Assembly (NCBI GenBank): GCA_038323665.1 | Contig: JBBQHD010000003.1 | Coordinates: 6,575 to 70,574, forward strand | Reading direction: 5' to 3' | Source: Bdellovibrionales bacterium | Lineage (GTDB): Bacteria; Bdellovibrionota; Bdellovibrionia; Bdellovibrionales; Bdellovibrionaceae | Length of the DNA: 64,000 bases | Part shown: one piece after another, positions 19,165 to 28,091 of the stretch | How the letters are laid out: each line of letters opens with the position of its first letter | Position numbering within the stretch: position 1 is the stretch's first letter | The notes under the pieces: model-generated | Databases searched by the model: none | The model's input: the letters and a program-made list of their open reading frames with translations, nothing else | What the model was told of the DNA's origin: nothing | Translations under genes and position numbers: made by a program

Positions 19165-19574
19165 AATTGTTGTGGGCTTTAGCCAGTTCTTCGTGGGCAT
19201 GCCTAGATGCAAATCAAAATTAAACCAAATAGGTTTTAGTCGAACTGCAAACACACTTTCGGATATTTGATTAATTCTAAATTATTAATTTATCGTTGCG
19301 TCATAAAAATTTTTTAAATAAAAATTGTTTGACGCTCTTTTCTATCCCTTCTTCGTTTGCAATTTGGCTTTCAAAATTCTGGGGAAATGTAGGCCTTGCC
19401 TGCAGTAGAGGGCTATTATTCAATCAAAATCGCGAATCGGCTCGCGCAGAAGTTTTTCAGAAGATCGTTTGATAAAACGAATTTATGAACGAAAAATTGT
19501 CGCTGTAAAACCTGTGATATAAAAAATTCTACCGTTTCACCTCCGCAGCGGAGGCAATGTGAAAGGATTTTTAA

Positions 19575-20581
19575 ATGGAATTATTGCGAGAGTCTAAAGT
19601 GAAGTCATCGATAGATAGAATAATCTTAGGAATTCAGGCTGAAGCTGTTTCTGAGAATAATTATAACAAAGAAATTTTAAAGACAGCTAACGTCGATAGC
19701 AATCCAGATTCCCTTATCTCTGAAATCAGAAAAATTGCCAAAGCAGAACAAGGATTTACTTTGCGAGTGATCGAACTGATTTCCCAAGTTGATCAGCGCA
19801 AACTGTTTTATCGTCTTGGATTTCCTAGTTTGTATGATTTCGTAACTCAAGATTTGGGTTACGAGCCTGCGTCGGCAATGCGCCGGATTCAAGCTGCCAG
19901 ACTGTTGCAGGATTTGCCGGAAGTGAAAGAAAAAATCGAAGCCAAGGTTTTGAATCTGACGGTGATTTCGAAGGCGCAAAGTTATTTTCGTAAGAAAGAT
20001 CTGACCATCGAAAACAAACGCGAAATTTTAAAATCTTTGGAACATCAATCTGCTCGCGAAGCTGAGTTGACCTTGGTGAAACTAGACCCCTTGTGCAAAT
20101 TCCCGCGCAGGAAAAGCAAAGACCGCTTTCTGAAGAATTTGTGGAACATAAGTTTGTCATGAATGCTGAAACTCAGAAAAAATTGGATCAAATCAAGCTT
20201 TGGATGTCGCACCAAAACCCAGATTTATCGACCGCAAAGTTATTTGAAATTTTGGTGGATCAGGAATTTAAAAAACTTTCGAAACAGCGGGAATCTAAAA
20301 CTACTTCAGCGCCAGAGCCGGCCATTCCTTCGGCCGAAACAAATCTTACCTCCGCTGCGGAGGTAAAAACCGCAAGTCGGTTTATTTCTGCAGAAACCAA
20401 GCGCGCGGTTTATCAGCGGGACCAAGGCTGTTGCCAATACAGGAATTCACAGACTGGCGAACAATGCCGATCCAAATACCAAATTCAGTTTGATCATATC
20501 ATTCGATTTCGTGACGGTGGATCTTGTGACAAAGAAAATATCCGATTGATGTGTGCTCGGCACAATCGATTGCGGGGCTAG
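19575..20581 (+). pseudogene. HNH endonuclease (DUF222-like N-domain), divergent copy C, frameshifted near 20090-20110
   Basis: Two overlapping ORFs (19575..20162 and 20093..20581) together align end to end with the intact paralogue at 32200..33411. The C terminus carries the HNH motif CCQYRNSQTGEQCRSKYQIQFDHIIRFRDGG...NIRLMCARHN. Confidence 0.7.
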
Positions 20582-20602
20582 CAATGCCAACCCAAACCAA
20601 AA

Positions 20603-21037
20603 TCAATCGTCGTTGGTCAGATCCGCATCGTAACCGGTGCCGCCTTCGGCGCCGTCTTTGCCTAAGCTTTTCAGGGTGAATTCTCCGGCAGTTAATGTGT
20701 AAACGAAATCGTGGTTCCAGGAATCTTTCAGTGAGGATTCGCCTTTTTTAAATTTGTAATAGGGTTCTGGGCCCCAGTTTTGACAGGCAGGATCGGCTTT
20801 GGATAAACCTTCCAAGGTTTGAGGGTATTTTCCGCAATCGGTATAATACATTTGAATCGCCGTTACAATTTGGCTCATTTGAATTCTGGTTTCACGCACT
20901 TTGGCTTTTTCTTGTTGGCCGCCGATTCGATTGGCTAAAATGGCAATCAAACTTCCGATGATCGCAAGCACGATCATGATTTCGATCAGGGTCATACCGC
21001 GTCTGTTTTTAAGAATTTTTTTTGCCAGTAGTTGCAT
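20603..21037 (-). CDS. gspG: type II secretion major pseudopilin GspG
   Basis: RRGMTLIEIMIVLAIIGSL prepilin motif. The GspG-specific core is present (QMSQIVTAIQMYYTDCGKYP...LKDSWNHDFVY). Confidence 0.9.
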   Translation of the reverse strand: MQLLAKKILKNRRGMTLIEIMIVLAIIGSLIAILANRIGGQQEKAKVRETRIQMSQIVTAIQMYYTDCGKYPQTLEGLSKADPACQNWGPEPYYKFKKGESSLKDSWNHDFVYTLTAGEFTLKSLGKDGAEGGTGYDADLTNDD

Positions 21038-21074
21038 GTGAATCCTTCTGAAGTTGTGTTCTTGCTAGATTAAG

Positions 21075-22292
21075 TTAACCGGCAATATTTGTCATCTCAA
21101 ACATCGGAATCATGACCGCAAAGACGATAATTCCAATCACAATTCCCATAATTACGGTAACAACAGGACCCATAATGCTGGTCATGCCTTCTAATTTTGA
21201 TTTCACTTGAAAATCATAGGCATCGGAAACTTGCGTCAGCATATTTTCCAACTCGCCTGTTTTTTCGCCAATATTCACCATATGGATCACGATCGGAGGA
21301 AACTGCCCGGATTTTTTCAAAGGTCCAGCAATCGATTCCCCCTCGGAAATATTGCTGCGGGCTTCATCAATGGCATCAGCGACCAAGCGGTTTTCCACCA
21401 CATTGCGAACAATATCCATTGCTTGCAACATCGGAACTCCGCCGGTCAGCAGCGTCGACAAAGTTCTGGTAAATCGCGAAACTGCCACCATTCTTGATAT
21501 TGGACCAAAAATAGGAAGTTTTAACGAAATTGCATCCCACTGCTTGGCGCCGGTTTCAGATTTTTTCCAGTTTTTAAAAACAAAATACAATAAAATGATC
21601 GAGCCAAATAATAAATACCAACTGTTCACCAAAAAATCGGAAAATTTAATAATCACTTTGGTATACCAAGGCAAAATCATCTGCGGATTGGATTCGAACA
21701 CCACGACAATTTTTGGAATCACAAAAACAAACAAACCCACTAATACTCCAGTGGTCACGACCATCATAACGATGGGATAAGTCAGCGCACTGGAAACTTT
21801 TTGCCGCATATCTGCAGCGGCTTCGGTGAATTCTGCAAGGCGAATTAGAATGACGTCCAAGGATCCAGATGTTTCCCCGGCTTCGACCATGGAAATATAA
21901 ATTCCGGAAAAAATATTGGGGTATTTCTGCAGCGCTTTGCAAAGTGTTGCGCCTTCGTTGACCATGTTTTTGCAATCGGCCAAGGCTTGTCCCAAAGTTG
22001 GGTTTTCGACTTGTTCTGAAACTGCGGTCAGCGAATCCACCAAAGGAATATTTGCTTTAACCAAAGTGGCCAGCTGTCTGGTCATCAGTGAGAGATCTTT
22101 TACTGGAACACTTTTACCGGAAAATATTCCTCGGGACTTTTTGTTTTCGCTGACTTTTTTTCCCTCTAGTTGGGTGACAAAAAGTCCCTCTTTTTTAAGT
22201 CGTGCGCGGGCCACACGAATATTTTCGGCGTCGATAAATCCCTTGGTGTTTTTTCCGGCGCGGGTCATCCCGCGGTATTCAAACATGGGCAA
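21075..22292 (-). CDS. gspF: type II secretion inner-membrane platform protein GspF
   Basis: 405 aa with the two-repeat polytopic architecture typical of GspF/PilC. Lies next to gspE. Confidence 0.9.
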   Translation of the reverse strand: MPMFEYRGMTRAGKNTKGFIDAENIRVARARLKKEGLFVTQLEGKKVSENKKSRGIFSGKSVPVKDLSLMTRQLATLVKANIPLVDSLTAVSEQVENPTLGQALADCKNMVNEGATLCKALQKYPNIFSGIYISMVEAGETSGSLDVILIRLAEFTEAAADMRQKVSSALTYPIVMMVVTTGVLVGLFVFVIPKIVVVFESNPQMILPWYTKVIIKFSDFLVNSWYLLFGSIILLYFVFKNWKKSETGAKQWDAISLKLPIFGPISRMVAVSRFTRTLSTLLTGGVPMLQAMDIVRNVVENRLVADAIDEARSNISEGESIAGPLKKSGQFPPIVIHMVNIGEKTGELENMLTQVSDAYDFQVKSKLEGMTSIMGPVVTVIMGIVIGIIVFAVMIPMFEMTNIAG

Positions 22293-22303
22293 GTGTCATC
22301 TCC

Positions 22304-23995
22304 TTAAATATCCAGCTGTGTATTGCTGAGCAATTCTTCGATCGTGGTTATGCCGCTCATCACTTTTTGAATTCCATGATCGCGGAAAGTTTTCATGCCA
22401 TTGGCGACAGCCTGTCGTTTGATCTGACCGCCATCGCGTTTTTGCATAATCAAAGACCGAATGTCATCGGTGACGGGCAGTAATTCCATAATTAAAGTTC
22501 GTCCCAAATAGCCCTTGCTGCCGCAATGTTCGCAGCCAACGGCCTTGCAAATATTGGAATTGGCAATATCTGCGCGCGCAATTCCCAGCATCGACAATTC
22601 AAAATCAGAAGGCGTATAAGGCGCTTTGCAATGCGGACACAAAATCCGCACCAGTCGTTGAGAAATAATTCCTAAGATCGAAGACGCAATCAAAAATGGC
22701 TCTGCACCAATATCGATCAAGCGCGGAAAAGCACCCGCAGCATCGTTAGCATGAATGGTGGACAGCACTAAGTGACCTGTTAACGAAGCATTAACAGCCA
22801 GTTCGCAAGTTTCTAAATCTCGAATTTCCCCCACCATAATCACATCGGGATCTTGTCGCAAAAAGGATCGCATCGAGTTTGCAAATGTTAAACCAATTTT
22901 AGCATTCACTTGCACTTGGCCGACGCCGTGAATCCGTTGCTCTACAGGATCTTCGACGGTTAAAATATTTATATCTGGATGGTTTAATTTGGAAAGCATC
23001 GCATATAAGGTCGTGGATTTCCCAGACCCCGTAGGGCCCGTGACCAAAATAATTCCGTAAGTGCGCTTGATCAGATCGCCAATTTTTACCATGCTGTCGG
23101 TGGAAAATCCCAATTGTTCAAGTTCCAAAACAACGTTGCTGCGATCCTGAATCCGCATAACCAGACGTTCCCCGAATGAAGTCGGCACGGTGCTTAGACG
23201 AATATCAATGTCTTTGCCGCCGACTTTCAAAGGAATGCGACCATCTTGAGGCAATCTTTTTTCCGCGATATTTAAATTTCCCATAACCTTAATTCTGGAC
23301 GCGATCGAGTTCTGAAGTTTTTTTGGCGGGCGAAAAATATCCGACAATTCTCCGTCCACACGGAAACGAACGACCATATCTTTTTCGTATGGCTCGATGT
23401 GAATATCCGTGGCTTTTTCTTTGACCGCGCGGAACAGCAGCGAATTGACTAATTTAATAACCGGCGCATCGTCTTCGCCGGCGTCCAGCAAATCGATAAT
23501 GGGATCGTCTAAATCGTAATCTTCTTCTTCGATGCCTTCTAGTCCTGAAAGATTCGCGGTGCTTTTTTCATAAACGCGGTTGATGGCATCGGTTAATTTT
23601 CCAACCGTGGTGATCAGGGGTCGCACTTTTTTTCCAAATAAAACCTGCAGATCATCCAGAATTTGGTGGTGCAAAGGATTCGAGGTCAGCGCAATCAACT
23701 GTTCGGGTTCATCTTTAAAGGGCAAAACATGATTTTGTTTAGCGTAATTGATGGGAATATCGCGAACGAGTTCCACCGGGATTTCGCTGACAGGAATATC
23801 TTTGATGAAATCCAAACCCAGTTCGCGGCACAGTTCCGCCACTAGATCTTCGGCGCTGGTGTATTCTTTTTTTGCCAGAGCATCGCCAATAGTCGACGGA
23901 CGCATTACGGAAGAACTTGCCAATACGCTGCGAATTTGATCGCTGGTTAAGGAAGTGCTTTTCGATAAAATAACTGGAATATCAATATGTGCCAT
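22304..23995 (-). CDS. gspE: type II secretion ATPase GspE
   Basis: Walker A GPTGSGKST, Asp box and Walker B (ILTVEDPVE...IMVGEIRD), a His box, and the tetracysteine motif CPHC...CEHC. Confidence 0.92.
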   Translation of the reverse strand: MAHIDIPVILSKSTSLTSDQIRSVLASSSVMRPSTIGDALAKKEYTSAEDLVAELCRELGLDFIKDIPVSEIPVELVRDIPINYAKQNHVLPFKDEPEQLIALTSNPLHHQILDDLQVLFGKKVRPLITTVGKLTDAINRVYEKSTANLSGLEGIEEEDYDLDDPIIDLLDAGEDDAPVIKLVNSLLFRAVKEKATDIHIEPYEKDMVVRFRVDGELSDIFRPPKKLQNSIASRIKVMGNLNIAEKRLPQDGRIPLKVGGKDIDIRLSTVPTSFGERLVMRIQDRSNVVLELEQLGFSTDSMVKIGDLIKRTYGIILVTGPTGSGKSTTLYAMLSKLNHPDINILTVEDPVEQRIHGVGQVQVNAKIGLTFANSMRSFLRQDPDVIMVGEIRDLETCELAVNASLTGHLVLSTIHANDAAGAFPRLIDIGAEPFLIASSILGIISQRLVRILCPHCKAPYTPSDFELSMLGIARADIANSNICKAVGCEHCGSKGYLGRTLIMELLPVTDDIRSLIMQKRDGGQIKRQAVANGMKTFRDHGIQKVMSGITTIEELLSNTQLDI

Positions 23996-24014
23996 TAGTC
24001 CCTTACCGACATTA

Positions 24015-26300
24015 TCAGTTTAATTCCAGATCGTTGTTAGTATTTTTTTCGGCTTTGCGATAGTATTTTTCCAGTTTCTTGCCGTTGGCATCTTTGCCAC
24101 CTTGGTCTTTGATAAAGTCCACGCGATCTTGCAGCCGCTCGGCCAGCACTGATTTTTGATCTTCAGTATTACGAATAATTTTCGGTGTCAGGAATACGAC
24201 CAAATTCTTTTTTTCTTTGCTAGACTGTTTAGATTTGAATAACCAACCAATCAATGGAATGTCCCCAAGCAGTGGAACTTTGGTAATGGTTTCTGTTTCT
24301 GAATCTTGCATCAAGCCCCCCAGAACTGCGGTGTCGCCACTGCGAACCAAAATATTAGTTTTGATTCGGCGTTGGCCCAACTGTTGCGAGTTATCATTGA
24401 TGTTTTTCGAAGCGCCGGAATTGTTTTCCACTTGCTTAACAACCTGAGTTACGTCCATGCGCACAGATTCTGATTTAGGTGAAATAAATGGTTTGATGGT
24501 CAACTTGATAGTCGCATCATCAAAGGTTGGAGTAAAAGTGCTATTGCCTTGTGCGTCCTTACTAGTTGCAACAGAGGTTGCGACTTTACTGCCCACTTCA
24601 ATTTCTGCTTCTTGATTGTCCATTGCTACAAGTGAAGGCGTCGACAAAATATTTGTTTTAGCAACTTGTTTTAAAAGTTGTAAAAATCCCAATAAACTGG
24701 GGACTGCAACCGGAGGTTTACCGGCTTCCAAAGCCACATTGACCGTATTGCTTGAAGCAAATCCCAAGACCGCCCCGTTGGTGGTTCCCGTCGGAGAAAT
24801 TAAATCTTTGATGTCTAATCCCCCATTGAACCCTGTTTTTCCAAAACCAGTTGGACCGAATTGATAATAGCCGATCCCGAAATTATTCGTGTCTTTGGCG
24901 GTTAATTCTAAAATCACAGCCTCGACATAAACTTGATCGCGGGGAATATCGATTTTGCTTAAGATCGTCATGACTTGTTCGTAATCTGGTTTGCTGGCGA
25001 CAATCACCAGCGAATTTGTCGCTTTGTCGGCAGTGATTTTTATATCATTGCCGAAAATATCCGATGTGCTGGAGGCAATTCCTGCGGCAGTTGGATTGAT
25101 AAATGGACTGCCCGGAGCATTCGTGGGCGGGGCTGCTCCACCAGGTTTTCCTGCAGCGTCTTTGGTCACACTTTGTAAAACTGCAGCGATTTTGTCGGCT
25201 TCACCATAGCGAACATAGTAAACAAAAACTCCGCCATTGTCTTCGGCGCGGACTTTAAAATCCAATTGGCCAATTAATTTTTTGACACGTTCAATGCCGG
25301 CCTTGTTTCCCACCACAATAATGGAATTGGTGCGGTCATCAGGAAGTGCGGTGAAATATGCCCCGCCGCCAGAAGATCCCGACCGACTGTTGTTGCTGCT
25401 GCCGAATCGGGGAACGCCTGCAGTAAATCCACCTTGCGGAGAATTCGAGGATTTTTGTCCCTTATTCACAATTTTATCAATTAAATCTGCCAAATCTTTC
25501 GATTTTGCAAAACGCACATGAATCACTTCCATTTGGTCTTCAAATCCCGGCACATCCAACTGCGCAATGATTTTCATCATGCGATCCACGCTGGAACCCA
25601 AATCGGAAATGATCAGCGAATTCGTGGGCCCGTAAATGGTCAAATCCCCATCGCGAGTTAAAACATTGCGCAAATCTTTTTGCACCACTTCGGCAGAAAT
25701 ATGTTTCAAATGCAAAATGCGGGTGATGGCTTGGTCATCGTTGGGATAATAATTGCCGGAATAAATTTCGATATTATCCTTTAACGCAATCTTAGTAGAT
25801 TTAATTTTTAAAAATCCACCACTGGGCACAACTGTAAAACCATTGATAGCCAATGCTGACAAGAAGGCCTTGTAAGCTTCGGCAACGGTGATGCGGCTGG
25901 GGGCGATGATGGTGATATGACCTTTGACGTTTTGATCCAGAATAAAATTTTTGCCAGTCAATTCACTGATGGTTTTAACAATGTCGTTGATATCTGCATT
26001 GGGAAAATCAAAAGATTCAATGGTTTCAGGGAAATTCTTGCTGTTGATTTCTTCGATGCTGGCTTGGCTGAATTTTTCTCGCTGAGTTTTCGACAAACCT
26101 TTGCCGGCAGATTTATCCGCGCCTCTACCGTTGCGCACAGATGTTTCGCCAAAACTATTTCCCCCGCCGATCCCTGGCGGCGCATTTTGCGGTGGTGGTG
26201 GCGGGACATCAAAGTCATCATCTTGTGCGAAAACTTGCGAACTGCACAGACAAAACAAAACTATGTTTAATTTTTTAAACAGATTCTTTCCGTTAATCAT
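24015..26300 (-). CDS. gspD: type II secretion secretin GspD
   Basis: N0-N3 domains plus a C-terminal secretin domain (...VPLLGDIPLIGWLFKS...). Start set at the ATG at 26300, which is preceded by AAGGAAGG. Confidence 0.9.
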   Translation of the reverse strand: MINGKNLFKKLNIVLFCLCSSQVFAQDDDFDVPPPPPQNAPPGIGGGNSFGETSVRNGRGADKSAGKGLSKTQREKFSQASIEEINSKNFPETIESFDFPNADINDIVKTISELTGKNFILDQNVKGHITIIAPSRITVAEAYKAFLSALAINGFTVVPSGGFLKIKSTKIALKDNIEIYSGNYYPNDDQAITRILHLKHISAEVVQKDLRNVLTRDGDLTIYGPTNSLIISDLGSSVDRMMKIIAQLDVPGFEDQMEVIHVRFAKSKDLADLIDKIVNKGQKSSNSPQGGFTAGVPRFGSSNNSRSGSSGGGAYFTALPDDRTNSIIVVGNKAGIERVKKLIGQLDFKVRAEDNGGVFVYYVRYGEADKIAAVLQSVTKDAAGKPGGAAPPTNAPGSPFINPTAAGIASSTSDIFGNDIKITADKATNSLVIVASKPDYEQVMTILSKIDIPRDQVYVEAVILELTAKDTNNFGIGYYQFGPTGFGKTGFNGGLDIKDLISPTGTTNGAVLGFASSNTVNVALEAGKPPVAVPSLLGFLQLLKQVAKTNILSTPSLVAMDNQEAEIEVGSKVATSVATSKDAQGNSTFTPTFDDATIKLTIKPFISPKSESVRMDVTQVVKQVENNSGASKNINDNSQQLGQRRIKTNILVRSGDTAVLGGLMQDSETETITKVPLLGDIPLIGWLFKSKQSSKEKKNLVVFLTPKIIRNTEDQKSVLAERLQDRVDFIKDQGGKDANGKKLEKYYRKAEKNTNNDLELN

Positions 26301-26324
26301 TTGAACCTTCCTTGGTTGCAATGG

Positions 26325-27215
26325 CTATCTGACGTTATAATTTTTCGTTGCAGTCTGGCCGTCTCGGTTAATACTTAAACTAATTTTATCAGCACTTTTT
26401 AAGGCGTTGAATAATTCCATCGCCTGTTGCGGACTGGTGACGGGTGTGCCGTTGACCCCACGAATGGAATCGCCGACTTTTAATCCCAATTTTTCATAGA
26501 TACTTCCGGGTTGAATGTCGGCCATTCGGTAACCGATCACATTGCCGCCGGGATCTCGTTCGGGGATGACTCGGGCCTGCATGATGACGTCGGAAATATT
26601 GGCGGTGTATTTTAATAAATCATCGCGTTTGATTTCAAAATCATTTTCAGAAATTTGTTTTACTTCTGATTTCGGGCTGGATCCACCCACGGTTTTTAAA
26701 GTCAGTTTCGAATCGTTTTTCATTTCAATAAATTCCAAGGCGCCGGAACTTAAATTGCGAATGAAAACTTTGAATCGTTCAATTTTTTCCACTTGCGCTA
26801 GTCCATCAATTTCTTGACCCACATGATAAGCCAAAGATTTATTTTTTCCTTTTAAATCAATCGAAGCGATGGATTTTTCAGTGGAGCTGTGAACCAAAGT
26901 TCCCAGCAAGGCCAAAGGCAATTGCGTCGGAACCGGAGGAGTTTCTTTGCGTTTTTTTCGCAGTTCAGGTCGATTGGCCAAGGGCTCGGGAATTTTTCCA
27001 TCCAGAGCAAAAAGATTTCGCGAAACAATTTTTTGTGTCATGGCGGTGTCGACATTGACGCCGTTGATATTGGGTTTATTTTTTGTAACGGGTGCTGCGG
27101 CCGGCAACATGGATCCGCGGGTTTGGATGATCAGCAGATCTGCCAAAAAATATCCGCCTGCGACGACGAAAATTGTGGCGATGATGCGGGTGGGTTTTGT
27201 GCTGGTGATGGCCAT
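26325..27215 (-). CDS. gspC: type II secretion protein GspC (TM plus HR plus PDZ domain)
   Basis: N-terminal TM segment and a C-terminal PDZ-like region (GYRMADIQPGSIYEKLGLKVGDSIRGVNG). First gene of the cluster. Confidence 0.75.
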   Translation of the reverse strand: MAITSTKPTRIIATIFVVAGGYFLADLLIIQTRGSMLPAAAPVTKNKPNINGVNVDTAMTQKIVSRNLFALDGKIPEPLANRPELRKKRKETPPVPTQLPLALLGTLVHSSTEKSIASIDLKGKNKSLAYHVGQEIDGLAQVEKIERFKVFIRNLSSGALEFIEMKNDSKLTLKTVGGSSPKSEVKQISENDFEIKRDDLLKYTANISDVIMQARVIPERDPGGNVIGYRMADIQPGSIYEKLGLKVGDSIRGVNGTPVTSPQQAMELFNALKSADKISLSINRDGQTATKNYNVR

Positions 27216-27293
27216 ACTTTAAACTACCAGAGGTCAGTGGGGGTTGAGAAACTTGTTCGCGGATTGACTAGGACTTCGGTCGAGCCCTTCCGT

Positions 27294-27564
27294 TTTCCCC
27301 CAAGTTTTGGCAGTTTTTTCGGATTTTGAAAAATTCCGATTCTAAATAAGCAGTTCAATTTTAGTTTACTCAAATGCGGTAGAGCGCTTTCCGCAAAACG
27401 CGGGCTCCTGCCCTCCAACGACCGCCCCGTAGGGCGGACGCCTCCGGCTTCGTTGAGGTATTTGCGGAAAACGTTCTACCGCATTTGAGTAAACTAAAAT
27501 TGAACTGCTTATTTAGAATCGGAATTTTTCAAAAGTCAGAAATACTGCCAAGACTTGGGGGAAA
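27294..27564. repeat. long-hairpin element, copy 2 (core 27384-27473; perfect inner arms 27324-27382 / 27476-27534; degenerate outer arms)
   Basis: The inner 59-bp arms are exact reverse complements. The outer ~30 bp still pair, with a few mismatches (cccccaagtTttggcagtT... versus ...). The core aligns without gaps to the other two copies. Confidence 0.9.
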
Positions 27565-27655
27565 TTTGCTTTGCTTGCCAAGTTTGGGTTTGCTCGGCAA
27601 CATAAGATTTCTTGGTTTTGGCTTTTTGGTCGTTTTACTTTTTTAGGAGTCGCAT

Positions 27656-28084
27656 ATGGGAAAAAATTTTTTGGCTTTGGTTTTTTTGGTTGGAGTTTCT
27701 TCTTCGGTTGTTTTTGCTAAGCGGGCGGATTCTGCTCGGGGGATTGCTCCGGTGGTTGATTTTGTTAATTTGAAAGATGGGGATTCGGTTAAGTCTCCTT
27801 TCAAAGTTAAGATGGCTGTGAATGGGATGAAGGTTCGTCCTGCTGGTGAAGACGCCGAGGATAAAACTTCGGGGCATCATCATTTGATTATCGATGGAAC
27901 TTCGGTTCCTTCGGGGCAAGTAATTCCTGCCGATGATACGCATTTGCATTATGGTAAGGCGCAGACTGAAACTAAAATTAATTTAAGCCCTGGTAAGCAT
28001 ACGCTGACTTTGCAATTTGCGGACGGCGCGCATCGTTCTTACGGCGGGCAATTTAGCAAAACTATTACTGTAAATGTAAAATAA
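27656..28084 (+). CDS. DUF4399-domain secreted protein
   Basis: Signal peptide plus the motifs GHHHLIIDG, HLHYGKAQTE and GKHTLTLQFADGAHRSY. AGGAG RBS upstream. Confidence 0.7.
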   Translation: MGKNFLALVFLVGVSSSVVFAKRADSARGIAPVVDFVNLKDGDSVKSPFKVKMAVNGMKVRPAGEDAEDKTSGHHHLIIDGTSVPSGQVIPADDTHLHYGKAQTETKINLSPGKHTLTLQFADGAHRSYGGQFSKTITVNVK

Positions 28085-28091
28085 TTTTCAG

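Noticed and set aside
20085-20110. Programmed ribosomal frameshift joining the two halves of HNH copy C
   Set aside because: No slippery heptamer or downstream pseudoknot is evident at the frame switch. Sister copies show other inactivating lesions, so decay or a sequencing indel is the simpler explanation.
27224-27418. Short ORFs overlapping the repeats (27224..27418, 8292..8480, 44909..45409, 33647..33829, 46510..46737)
   Set aside because: They run through hairpin arms, direct repeats, or the antisense strand of HNH genes. They have no RBS or recognisable family and are most simply by-products of the repeat sequences.
27294-27564. Hairpin elements as classical MITEs, or as a CRISPR-like array
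   Set aside because: MITE copies share their terminal inverted repeats; here the termini are the variable part and the centre is conserved. The three copies lie 17-23 kb apart with no regular spacing and no cas genes, so they are not CRISPR.
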